Made by a program: the position numbers and the translations under genes. The notes beneath the pieces were generated by a model. It made no database searches, had not been told where the DNA came from, and saw nothing but the letters and a program-made list of their open reading frames with translations. Shown piece after piece: positions 39,591-48,408 of a stretch of 64,000 nt of DNA (position 1 is its first letter; every line of letters starts with the position of its first letter). Source of the DNA: Candidatus Omnitrophota bacterium (GTDB lineage Bacteria > Omnitrophota > Gorgyraeia > Gygaellales > Profunditerraquicolaceae); the NCBI GenBank assembly GCA_041650295.1, contig JBAZLM010000003.1:66933-130932 (forward strand), in the 5' to 3' direction.

Positions 39591-41075
39591 AAACCCATAC
39601 CAGTAATTAACTAGAGGCTTGCCCTCAGCGGATTGGTCCACAATTATATTTTTAAGACGAATATACTCTAAGAATCCTTCTTTACCCAATTCTTTACCAA
39701 ATCCACTCTGCTTAAATCCACCGTAAGGAAGTTGATTATAAAACATGCCATAAGTATTCACCCAAACTGTCCCCGCATTTAATTTTTTAGATAGATCATG
39801 AGCTAAATACAGATCTTTGCTCCAAATACAAGCCGCCAGCCCAAAATCTACTGCATTAGCTAATGCAGTAGCTTCATCTGAACCAGAAAACTTATGAATC
39901 AAAACTACCGGACCAAAGACCTCTTCCTTAAATATATGTGAATGCGCAGAAACATCAATTAAAACTGTCGGCTCAAAATAATAACCATTCTTTAACTCCG
40001 AGTTCTCCGGAATCTTGCCGCCACAAAGCACTTTACCACCTTCAGCTTTAGCTTTATCAATATAAGCAATAACTTTTTTACGTTGAGCATCGCTAATTAA
40101 GGGGCCCATTTGCGTTTCAAAATCATCCGCTAAACCCAACTTAATTTGCTTAGCCTTACTAACAAAACTTTTAATAAAATCATCATAGATACCCTCTTGC
40201 ACAAAAATACGCGACATCGCCGTGCACATCTGCCCTTGGTTTAAAAAAATTGAAGTTAACGCACTATTAACCGCCACCTCTAAATCAACGTCACTAAAGA
40301 TTAAACTCGCCGATTTACCACCCAGCTCTAAAGTTAACTTCTTAACATTTTTAGAAGAATACTGTAAAATTTGTTTTCCGGTTTCATTACTACCCGTAAA
40401 GGACACCATATCTACTCGTTTGTCCGTACAAAGCTGCTCGCCAATCTTTGGACCACTGCCATTAACTAAATTAAATACTCCAGCGGGTACTCCGGCAAGA
40501 TGTATAATTTTAGCTAATTCATAAGCAGTCAGCGGGGTAAGGCTAGAAGATTTTAAAATAACCGTATTGCCCGCCGCTAATGCGGAAGCCAATTTCCAAC
40601 AAGCGATCAAAAGCGGATAATTCCAGGGAACAATTAAAACCACTACCCCCATCGGCTCAGGGACTACTTTGGCTTTGGCATCTTCGGAAAGATTGAATTC
40701 TGTCTCATCTAAATAATTAATAAAATTCTCCGCCATAAATTCAAAAGTTTTAGCGCTGGAAGGAACGTCCATAAAAGTAGTTTCTTTAATCGGCTTACCG
40801 GTGTTCTGCATCTCTAATTGCGCAAGAGTAGCAGCATTATCTAAAATTCCTTGCGCAATTTTAAAAATAAATTCTTTGCGTTGCGCTAGCGAAAACTGCT
40901 GCCAAGGTCCCTGATCAAAAGCTGCTCTAGCGCTAGAAAGCGCCAACTCTACTTCTTTTTCACCGGCTAAAGAAACTTCCGCAATTACTTTTCCAGTTGA
41001 AGGATTAATAATATTCTGCTTCTCAACAGTTTCAATAAATTGTCCGTTAATATACAGTGGGCATTTTAAATTCAT
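39588..41075 (-). CDS. NAD(P)-dependent aldehyde dehydrogenase
   Basis: 495 aa. ALDH motifs ELGGKSA and the catalytic Cys block QGQMCTA. Confidence 0.85.
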   Translation of the reverse strand: MNLKCPLYINGQFIETVEKQNIINPSTGKVIAEVSLAGEKEVELALSSARAAFDQGPWQQFSLAQRKEFIFKIAQGILDNAATLAQLEMQNTGKPIKETTFMDVPSSAKTFEFMAENFINYLDETEFNLSEDAKAKVVPEPMGVVVLIVPWNYPLLIACWKLASALAAGNTVILKSSSLTPLTAYELAKIIHLAGVPAGVFNLVNGSGPKIGEQLCTDKRVDMVSFTGSNETGKQILQYSSKNVKKLTLELGGKSASLIFSDVDLEVAVNSALTSIFLNQGQMCTAMSRIFVQEGIYDDFIKSFVSKAKQIKLGLADDFETQMGPLISDAQRKKVIAYIDKAKAEGGKVLCGGKIPENSELKNGYYFEPTVLIDVSAHSHIFKEEVFGPVVLIHKFSGSDEATALANAVDFGLAACIWSKDLYLAHDLSKKLNAGTVWVNTYGMFYNQLPYGGFKQSGFGKELGKEGFLEYIRLKNIIVDQSAEGKPLVNYWYGF

Positions 41076-42067
41076 CTGATATTGACCTCTCTAAATAAGG
41101 CAAACAACCGGTTAAAAGGCACATACCACTTAGAAAGCTGACCTAATTGTCCAGTTAACTTCATCTTACCTTGAGTAACCGCAACAAATGAATCAAGTTT
41201 ACCTAAAAATACCTGCTCCCAAACTACTGCTGGAGCCGAAATTACAAAAGGAGCATCGCTATCTGTTTCTAACTTTACAATTTTTCCATCTTCAAAATTA
41301 AATTTAAAAACACTATCGCTACCGTCGAGTTTAATCGCTAACTTTACAGTTAAACCTAGCTCTTTGCCTTTACGCGCAATAAATTCATCCTGATTAACTA
41401 AATCGACAATTGCCTGGATATGTGGTTGACTAAACATAACATGCGCTAGATCATTGCGTTTCAAATCAGCCTTAAGTGCTGTATCCAAATCATCTAAAAT
41501 ATCTTTATCAAACAATCTAGCAACGGCAGCACTTTTTACCGCCTCCTCTAATGCTTCAGTAACACTTAAAGCATCTTCAAATTTATCCGCAATCGCCACC
41601 GTTCCGTGATTTTTTAAAACTACTAAATTATTAGTTTTAAGCGCAGCAATTACTGGAACAGGATCAGTAACCGTAGGAGTATCTTGAGGGATAATTGGGA
41701 TTTCACCTAAATAAAATTTAGTTTCAAAACTCATTGCTTTCAAATTTTTAGTTACCGCAAAATAACCATTAATTAATGGAGGATGACAATGAATAACTAC
41801 TTTGGCAGAAAAATTTTTATAAACTAAACTGTGCAAAGGCAACTCTGAACTAGGATTTAATATGCCTTCAAGCTTACCGCTAGCTAAATTTACCTTAACA
41901 ATATCACTTTCTTTTAATTGGCCCAAGAATGTTCCAGTGCCAGTAATCAAAATATTATCGTTATCAAGACGAGCGCTGAGATTCCCGGATTTAGCTACCG
42001 CTAAACCGGCAGCATAAAGTCTTTTACCCACCCCGATAATCTCTTGTTTTAATTGCTGCTCTAACAT
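41072..42067 (-). CDS. Class II aldolase/adducin domain (MtnB-like) fused to SCP2 sterol-carrier domain
   Basis: N-terminal aldolase-II fold (VVIHCHPP). C-terminal SCP2-like segment (KMKLTGQLGQLSKW). Adjacent to mtnA and a PNP-family gene. Confidence 0.6.
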   Translation of the reverse strand: MLEQQLKQEIIGVGKRLYAAGLAVAKSGNLSARLDNDNILITGTGTFLGQLKESDIVKVNLASGKLEGILNPSSELPLHSLVYKNFSAKVVIHCHPPLINGYFAVTKNLKAMSFETKFYLGEIPIIPQDTPTVTDPVPVIAALKTNNLVVLKNHGTVAIADKFEDALSVTEALEEAVKSAAVARLFDKDILDDLDTALKADLKRNDLAHVMFSQPHIQAIVDLVNQDEFIARKGKELGLTVKLAIKLDGSDSVFKFNFEDGKIVKLETDSDAPFVISAPAVVWEQVFLGKLDSFVAVTQGKMKLTGQLGQLSKWYVPFNRLFALFREVNIR

Positions 42068-43000
42068 TTATACTTCTCCACTAAAAGTGCCTAAATAAAT
42101 ATGTTTAGTAATTAATGCATTCGGCGTAACATCAAAAGCCGGATAATAAGCTTTAACTTCTTTAGGCGCTAAACGCAACCCTTGATAAATTTTTAATTCA
42201 TCATCCGGCCGAATCTCAATCACAATCTCTTTACCAGTTTTTAATTTTGAAGCCGGCGGACAAATAACATAAAAAGGAATCTTAAAGTATTTAGCCACCA
42301 CCGCAATTTGATATGTTCCAATTTTATTGGCGATATCACCATTTAAAGTTAAATGATCTGCTCCCACGATAACCTTAGTTACTTTACCTAGCGATAATAA
42401 ATACGCCACCATATTATCAGTAATAATTGTAACCTCAAAACCGGCGCGCATGATTTCCCAAGCAGTAAGCCGCGAACCTTGCAAATAAGGACGAGTTTCC
42501 GTAACATAAAAACTGATTTTTTTGCCTTGCTCCTTAGCAAACTGTGCAATTAACGGCATTAAGCCACTCACATTGCAATGCGTCAAGATTACATCACCGT
42601 CTTTAAGTAAATCGGCAGTAGCTTTAGCCTGCTGGATTCTTTTACCTTTAAGCATCTCTAAAAATCCCAAGATACTTTTTTCTAACGGTGCTCCACTTTT
42701 AACCATCCCTAAAACCATATCGGTTAAGAATTTAAATGATAATGTGGGACGCGTGGCATTAATCGCCTGAGCAACTTTAAATAAATCTTTATTCTGGCGT
42801 TTACTTAAAATAAAAGTATACATTACTAAAAGCACTTGGCCCACGGCACGAGTTTTCATCTGTTTAATCGCGCCACAAGCCTCCAGATAATTCTTAGCCT
42901 TAAGATAAACTAATTTTTGGGGCAATTGAGTTTCATCAAGGATATAAATAACATTACCCTTAAGTTGAATCGGCCAAAATAATGGAGAAAATTTCATCAT
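42068..43000 (-). CDS. mtnA: S-methyl-5-thioribose-1-phosphate isomerase (eIF-2B alpha/beta/delta family)
   Basis: GADHLTLNGDIANKIGTYQIAVVAKYFKIPFYVICP matches the MtnA/e2B core. Confidence 0.75.
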   Translation of the reverse strand: MMKFSPLFWPIQLKGNVIYILDETQLPQKLVYLKAKNYLEACGAIKQMKTRAVGQVLLVMYTFILSKRQNKDLFKVAQAINATRPTLSFKFLTDMVLGMVKSGAPLEKSILGFLEMLKGKRIQQAKATADLLKDGDVILTHCNVSGLMPLIAQFAKEQGKKISFYVTETRPYLQGSRLTAWEIMRAGFEVTIITDNMVAYLLSLGKVTKVIVGADHLTLNGDIANKIGTYQIAVVAKYFKIPFYVICPPASKLKTGKEIVIEIRPDDELKIYQGLRLAPKEVKAYYPAFDVTPNALITKHIYLGTFSGEV

Positions 43001-43752
43001 AATTTATTTTTTTCTAATCTTTTAACTAATTCTAAGGCAATTTTAATTACATTACTTTCCGCCATATAATAAAGTGGATTCATAAAACCCATCTCGCCAG
43101 TCACCACATTATCACTAATCGCTAAAATTGAACCTGCCTTAATATTATAGGTCTGACAGATCGTAAGCAGCGTGGAAGAAACCATATCTACGGCTTGAGC
43201 TCCCTCTTTGCGCTTGGCTTCGACAATTTCACGTGTCTCACGCAATAAAGCATCAGTGGTCCAGGCTTTACCACGGTGCACGGTTAAGCCCATCTCTTTA
43301 GCAATATTAAAAAGAAGGTCCGATATATTTTTATCACTGCTCGTTTTAAAATCTTTATCCACATAATAAGGAGTTACCCCGTCGCCACGGATCACTTCAT
43401 CCACCACAAATAAATCACCCACTTTAATATTTTCATCAAGTGCTCCACCGCTACCTACGCGAATAATATTTTGAATTCCTGCATTACACATTACCTCAGT
43501 AGTAATGGAAGTATCTGTAGAAAATCTTCCACCATTAATTCCAGTAACTTTGATTCCTTCGTAAGTTCCCGTGTACATGGTGTATTCCATAAATGAAAAA
43601 TTGCGCACCGGATTTTCAATTTTTTTCATTAATACATCCAAGCGGTCACGCGGTCCGGGAACAATCGCATACTTACCTACGTCCTGTGGTCTAAGCTGCA
43701 CCATATCAGTTAGATCTTTTCCGGTTAAATGAACATTCTTTTGCATCTGCAT
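42997..43752 (-). CDS. Nucleoside phosphorylase family 1 (PNP/MTA phosphorylase-like)
   Basis: PNP_UDP_1 fold (VGSGGALDENIKVGDLFVVDE ...). Its position next to mtnA/mtnB suggests an MTA phosphorylase role. Confidence 0.6.
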   Translation of the reverse strand: MQMQKNVHLTGKDLTDMVQLRPQDVGKYAIVPGPRDRLDVLMKKIENPVRNFSFMEYTMYTGTYEGIKVTGINGGRFSTDTSITTEVMCNAGIQNIIRVGSGGALDENIKVGDLFVVDEVIRGDGVTPYYVDKDFKTSSDKNISDLLFNIAKEMGLTVHRGKAWTTDALLRETREIVEAKRKEGAQAVDMVSSTLLTICQTYNIKAGSILAISDNVVTGEMGFMNPLYYMAESNVIKIALELVKRLEKNKL

Positions 43753-43771
43753 TTAATTTCTCCTCCTAGTA

Positions 43772-44101
43772 TTAAGCCCGATACATAATTACATTTGCTT
43801 TTTCTAAAGTAATTAATCCTTCCTTAACCATAGTATCCAGCTGTGGAATAAACTGATTAATCTTCTCTTCACTATCCACAATCTCCACAATTATCGGCAA
43901 ATCTTCCGAAAGTCGTAATAAATTGGCAGTGTGCATATGACTTTTGCAGCCAAATCCCATAAATCCTTTAATGGCAGTGGCTCCGGCTAACCCGTTTTTC
44001 TTAGCCAGAAAAACAATCTCTTCATAAAGCGGTTTACCATTCCACTTGTCTGCTTCACCAATAAAAACTCTTAAAAGTTTACCATCGGCTGGAATTTTCA
44101 T
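43772..44101 (-). CDS. DUF190 (PII-like) protein, CrcB-associated
   Basis: 109 aa. COG1993-like sequence, translationally coupled to crcB. Confidence 0.6.
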   Translation of the reverse strand: MKIPADGKLLRVFIGEADKWNGKPLYEEIVFLAKKNGLAGATAIKGFMGFGCKSHMHTANLLRLSEDLPIIVEIVDSEEKINQFIPQLDTMVKEGLITLEKANVIMYRA

Positions 44102-44472
44102 ATTATCTCTCCAATTAAACTACCAATTCTAAATAATATAAACCCCAAAATTACACTAGCAAAAATATTTGTAAAAGCACGTAAAGCCTGTCCATTTCTC
44201 ACTAAACTATCGGTTTCAAAAATCAATGTTGAAAATGTGGTAAATGCCCCACAAAAACCAATCATCAATAATATACGCAAATCAGGTCCAAGCATAAATT
44301 TCTTTTCTGAAATGGTAGCTAAAATTCCTAAAATAAAACAACCACTAATATTGACAATCAACGTACCATAAGGAAAACTTGCACCCATAAATTTATAAAC
44401 CAGTCCACCTAATAAATATCTAGCTACTGTCCCCGCCGCTCCACCAATAATTAAATTTAAAAATTTTATCAT
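44098..44472 (-). CDS. crcB: Fluoride ion channel CrcB (Fluc)
   Basis: 124 aa, four TM helices. GFCGAFTTFS signature. Confidence 0.85.
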   Translation of the reverse strand: MIKFLNLIIGGAAGTVARYLLGGLVYKFMGASFPYGTLIVNISGCFILGILATISEKKFMLGPDLRILLMIGFCGAFTTFSTLIFETDSLVRNGQALRAFTNIFASVILGFILFRIGSLIGEII

Positions 44473-44474
44473 AT

Positions 44475-45404
44475 TTAAAAATCCAACATTCTAGCTAAAT
44501 TACCACCTAAAATATTCTTCTTATCCTCAGCGGATATCTCTAAATCATTCACGGCTTTAATGCCGCCGGTCACTTCTTTTTTTGCCGGATAATCCGAACC
44601 CCATAAAATATGCCGTGGCCCCATTAACTCAAGTGCCAGTAAAAAATTCGCTTTGGTCGTATCGCCACTAGTATCGACATAAATATTTTTAAAATAATCT
44701 GAAGGCGCACCCTGCAGGTCTTTAACAAAATTCAGCGTGCGCAACATCTGATAAGTAGTATCGAAACGTTGCTTAAGATAACAGATTGCTCCGCCAAAAT
44801 GCCCAAAAATAAATTTTACTTTGGGATACTGACGTAAAATATCCGACATTAAAAGCTTACCAATAGAAATTGTCGTATCAAAAACATATTCAATCGCCGG
44901 TGTAAGCAACGGATCCTTAACTCGTTCATAGCCAATCGGATTAACAATTTGCGCATGTACAAAGATCGGAATATTTTTAGCTTCGGCTTCCTTATAGATA
45001 GGCCAAAACATTTTATCATCTAAATAAATGCTATTATAACTTGAGGCCAAAGAAATTGCCTTAAACCCTAGTTCATTAGTGGCGCGCTTTAACTCCTCCA
45101 GCATATCGATAGAATTATCTACGGGCAAAACTGCCGCGCCAATAAATCTTTTGGGGTAAGCTTTTAAAATTTGAGCCACGTTATCATTATAAATGTGGGC
45201 AACTTGACTAATACTACCAATCTTTAAATGTGCATCTGAGGTAGGATAACTTAAAACCGCTTGATCAATTTGTGCCGCATCCATTACCGCTAGTTGACTT
45301 TGAATATCACCCCAACCCTTATGAAAAAAATGGGCATTGGTAATTATCTCATCTGGCAGCCAATGGCTATGTGCATCAATTAACATTAATAGTTTATCCC
45401 GCAA
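44475..45404 (-). CDS. Amidohydrolase-2 family protein (ACMSD-like metal-dependent hydrolase)
   Basis: N-terminal HSHWLP metal-binding motif. TIM-barrel amidohydrolase_2 pattern (FGHFGG, WGSDYP). Confidence 0.65.
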   Translation of the reverse strand: MRDKLLMLIDAHSHWLPDEIITNAHFFHKGWGDIQSQLAVMDAAQIDQAVLSYPTSDAHLKIGSISQVAHIYNDNVAQILKAYPKRFIGAAVLPVDNSIDMLEELKRATNELGFKAISLASSYNSIYLDDKMFWPIYKEAEAKNIPIFVHAQIVNPIGYERVKDPLLTPAIEYVFDTTISIGKLLMSDILRQYPKVKFIFGHFGGAICYLKQRFDTTYQMLRTLNFVKDLQGAPSDYFKNIYVDTSGDTTKANFLLALELMGPRHILWGSDYPAKKEVTGGIKAVNDLEISAEDKKNILGGNLARMLDF

Positions 45405-45414
45405 GATAAATAAA

Positions 45415-45834
45415 TCATTGGCGGGACTCCGTACTTTTTAGGATGCGCTCAATCATCTCTTTTTCATAAAGCGCTTTAATCTCTTCTAAACCTTTTTTTC
45501 CTAATTCTTTAGTAATTACTTTTTCAATCGCATCCAACTTTATCTCGGAGAAAATAAAATCCGGATTAATCTTTTTATCCTGATCTCTTAAATCCGAACA
45601 AGCCTTCTCTTTACTCTCGATATATCTTTGGAAATCATCAATACGTTTCTGAATAGCATCTTTTTCATGAGGAAGATAGGTTCCCAAAAGCTCACTCTCC
45701 ATCTCCTCTAGAATATCTTGATCAATATCGATTTGCGTAAACTTTCGTTCGAATTTATCAAAAGCTTCTTTGGCTATTTTATAGAGCCAAATAAAATAGC
45801 GTTTCTTTAAATTTTTAAGATCCTGATTATTCAT
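45415..45834 (-). CDS. Hypothetical protein
   Basis: 139-aa acidic, helical ORF in an operon with the downstream genes. No family recognised. Confidence 0.4.
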   Translation of the reverse strand: MNNQDLKNLKKRYFIWLYKIAKEAFDKFERKFTQIDIDQDILEEMESELLGTYLPHEKDAIQKRIDDFQRYIESKEKACSDLRDQDKKINPDFIFSEIKLDAIEKVITKELGKKGLEEIKALYEKEMIERILKSTESRQ

Positions 45835-45851
45835 CTTACCTCCTACTGTTT

Positions 45852-46631
45852 TTACTTTCCCGGATGCTGCTGCTTAAACGGAATTACCGGAGCAGTCCAA
45901 GGTGTCTGTTGATTGATTACAGAAATCTCCAAGGGACAAACGTTAGCCGGCACGGTTAAAGCAAAACGCACTGCATCCTCTATAGCCTGAGTTCCCATTA
46001 AACGGGAAGTATCGCCGGTTATATCTTTTAATTTACCGGTTAAGTCCGTATCGGTAACTCCGGGCAAAATTGAGGTTACTTTGATTCCATGATCGCGTAA
46101 CTCCCAAAATAAACCTTTAGAGAATGCCCGCAAGCCAACTTTAAGCGAACTGTAAACAATAAAATTTCTGGGAACTGGATCGACTAGAGTAGAACCAGAA
46201 ACAATATTAATAATTGCCCCATACTTTTGTTTCATCATATCATTAATCACTAAACGAATTAAGCGCACATAACCTAAATAATTGGTATAAGCTAATTTCT
46301 CAAAATCCTCAATCGGTTGTTCATTGAAGGGAAACTGTGAAGAGACACCCGCGCAATTAATTAAAATATCTACTTTGCCAAATTTCGCTTTGGCTTTATT
46401 TACTAAATTCTCTAAATCCTCTAATTTAGTAACGTCACAACCCACCGGTAAAACCTCAACTTTATATTGTTTGGCTAGTTCAGCAGCAGTTTCTTTTAAC
46501 GGACCTTCTCCTCTAGCAGCCACCACCAAATTAACTCCAAGGCTAGCTGCGGTTGCGGCCATGGCTTTACCAATACCTCGACTGGCTCCCGTAACAATCG
46601 CTACTTTTCCTTTTAAGTCGGTACTCATCAA
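45852..46631 (-). CDS. SDR family oxidoreductase (3-oxoacyl-ACP/ketoreductase-like)
   Basis: TGASRGIG cofactor motif. YSSLK catalytic dyad region. Confidence 0.8.
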   Translation of the reverse strand: MMSTDLKGKVAIVTGASRGIGKAMAATAASLGVNLVVAARGEGPLKETAAELAKQYKVEVLPVGCDVTKLEDLENLVNKAKAKFGKVDILINCAGVSSQFPFNEQPIEDFEKLAYTNYLGYVRLIRLVINDMMKQKYGAIINIVSGSTLVDPVPRNFIVYSSLKVGLRAFSKGLFWELRDHGIKVTSILPGVTDTDLTGKLKDITGDTSRLMGTQAIEDAVRFALTVPANVCPLEISVINQQTPWTAPVIPFKQQHPGK

Positions 46632-46637
46632 TGCCTC

Positions 46638-47075
46638 CTATTTTACTTCAGACTCAATAACTTTTTTAAAAATTAATAAATTATCTTTAGAATGTTTATT
46701 AATAAATCCTTCGACCTGCTCATCATTAAACTTAGCCTTGGCATCCATTTTAAAATGCTGAATCCAAGTTAACTCTATCCCTTCAGGTTTTTGTGTATAA
46801 AGCCAGATAATCTTCATAAATTCGAAAGGAAATTTAGGATCATGACGCTCTGAATAAGTAAAAAAGTTTTCTTTATATAATAATCTCCAAGAGATCCAGG
46901 ATTTATCCTCATCATCAGTAAGCCGAAAAGTTATTTTGTTAGCTTCCTTCTTGACGATCTCGGCTTTTTTATATTCTGCACCAAATAACTGCGTCCAGCG
47001 CGGGATATCATTAGAAATTTTAAAAACTAAATCGTAAGGCGCATTAATCACCACTGAATTACAAGTATGTCCCAT
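46638..47075 (-). CDS. SRPBCC (Bet v1-like) polyketide cyclase/dehydrase-family protein
   Basis: 145 aa with an SRPBCC-like composition. GGGAGGG Shine-Dalgarno sequence. Sits in a KS/CLF/ACP cluster. Confidence 0.55.
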   Translation of the reverse strand: MGHTCNSVVINAPYDLVFKISNDIPRWTQLFGAEYKKAEIVKKEANKITFRLTDDEDKSWISWRLLYKENFFTYSERHDPKFPFEFMKIIWLYTQKPEGIELTWIQHFKMDAKAKFNDEQVEGFINKHSKDNLLIFKKVIESEVK

Positions 47076-47098
47076 ACTACCCTCCCAATGTTAGATTT

Positions 47099-47270
47099 CC
47101 GTCTTTTACTTCCGGCGCTCAAAGATTTTCGCCGTGTGCTGCGGCTTACGTCTCGTTACGGCTTTCTTCCTTACGCTAGATGGACACCGCCTTCACTCGA
47201 CGTAATTCCTTGCACACTATCAAAAAATTAGAAAGCCGAAAACTTTGAACGCGCCTCCAGCAAAAGCCGG
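47099..47270 (-). ncRNA. GC-rich structured non-coding element, copy B (5' leader of the 46638-47075 operon)
   Basis: The reverse complement is about 85% identical to 20605-20781. No ORF. It lies between two minus-strand genes, immediately upstream of the Shine-Dalgarno sequence of the SRPBCC gene. Confidence 0.45.
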
Positions 47271-47283
47271 AAATTTATAATAT

Positions 47284-48084
47284 TTAGTCTAAAAGAGCAA
47301 CCACTCTCGCCCAAGCTGCGCCAGTATTCTTTATGCGAATCGGAAAACAACTCACTTTAAATCCAAAATCCGGCAATTTCTCTAAATTAGCTAAACGCTC
47401 AATATGAATAAATTCTTTTTTACGACCGTAAAAATGCGCCGGATAAAACTTAGAGGCATCTTTTGTCTCTAAAAATTCTTTAAGCATAAAGCGATACGGT
47501 CGGTCAATGCCCATCGTATCTACACCAAAGATCTTTATACCTTTATTTAAAAGATACTCAATTGCGGACGGATCAACTCCCGGGTAATCGGAAAAATATT
47601 TAGGGCCCCCATAAAGCTTATCAGCACCAGTATGTAAAAATACAATATCCAAAGGCTTAAGTTGATAATTAATCTTCTTTAAAGCCTCCTCGATATCTGA
47701 GGACTTAATCACTTCATTGGGTTTCTTATGACGAAAATCTAACTTTACACCATTTTGATAACAATATTCTAAGGGAATCTCGTCGGCGGTTTTAGCCGCG
47801 CGGCCCTCTGATTGAGAACCATAATGAAAGGAATAATCTAAATGCGTGCCAATATGCACCGGCGCATGCACAATCTCTAACGACAGAAATTCCTCATCAG
47901 GCAAATCAGTTGGCTTAATAATGCGCTGACCCAGTAAATGCTTAACCTTGCCTAATAAAGTTTTACCCATAATCACGCGGTTAAATTTCTTAACCCCAGC
48001 TTTATGGGTAATTCTTTCGATATCTACTTTGTGTACTTCAAAAGCCTTTTCATCAATCGGCAGGCTTAAGTCAATTATTCTCAC
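47284..48084 (-). CDS. Cyclase family protein (PF04199; kynurenine-formamidase-like)
   Basis: HAPVHIGTHLDYSFHY metal-binding motif. GTG start preceded by the conserved hairpin leader. Confidence 0.7.
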   Translation of the reverse strand: MRIIDLSLPIDEKAFEVHKVDIERITHKAGVKKFNRVIMGKTLLGKVKHLLGQRIIKPTDLPDEEFLSLEIVHAPVHIGTHLDYSFHYGSQSEGRAAKTADEIPLEYCYQNGVKLDFRHKKPNEVIKSSDIEEALKKINYQLKPLDIVFLHTGADKLYGGPKYFSDYPGVDPSAIEYLLNKGIKIFGVDTMGIDRPYRFMLKEFLETKDASKFYPAHFYGRKKEFIHIERLANLEKLPDFGFKVSCFPIRIKNTGAAWARVVALLD

Positions 48085-48157
48085 CCCGCACCTTCTTTCC
48101 TATTTATCTTTACTCCCCCACTTTCTAATATTAAATTTTTAGAAGGTGCGGGACTCA
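48085..48157 (-). promoter_or_regulatory. Conserved hairpin leader (copy 2) pairing the Shine-Dalgarno sequence of the downstream GTG-start gene
   Basis: On the mRNA strand, cccgcaccttct ... ggaaagaaggtgcgggGTGAGA. It shares stem and loop blocks with 39512-39590. Confidence 0.5.
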
Positions 48158-48391
48158 TTAGGCAATTTTTGATTGAATATTGTTAACGATATCATTAATT
48201 GTCGAATTCTTAGTAATCTCTTTAGGGCTTAACTTTACTCCAAATGATTTTTCTAAAGCAATCACCGACTCCACCATCTCAGTAGAATCCACACCAATGC
48301 TATTAATCAAAGTGACATCATCTTTTAACTCTTCAATCTTTACTTTCAGCAAATTACTTAAAACTTCTTTTATTTTTATTTTAATATCCAT
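48158..48391 (-). CDS. Acyl carrier protein
   Basis: 77 aa. Phosphopantetheine attachment site IGVDSTEMVE on an ACP fold. Confidence 0.8.
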   Translation of the reverse strand: MDIKIKIKEVLSNLLKVKIEELKDDVTLINSIGVDSTEMVESVIALEKSFGVKLSPKEITKNSTINDIVNNIQSKIA

Positions 48392-48408
48392 CCACGCCTC
48401 CTATTTAC

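Noticed and set aside
44473-44480. Fluoride riboswitch expected upstream of crcB
   Set aside because: Only 2-3 bp separate crcB from the upstream amidohydrolase gene, so there is no room. crcB appears to be co-transcribed.
46324-46761. 145-aa plus-strand ORF antisense to the SDR gene
   Set aside because: It is fully embedded antisense in a well-supported SDR gene. Ala/Ser-rich low-complexity translation.
20605-47270. Reading the two inverted 175-nt copies as terminal inverted repeats of a 26.6-kb transposon or island
   Set aside because: The interval contains leuS, nfo, rlmN, crcB and other core genes. It has no transposase or integrase, and no target-site duplication is visible. The two-copy RNA-element explanation is more parsimonious, though not proven.
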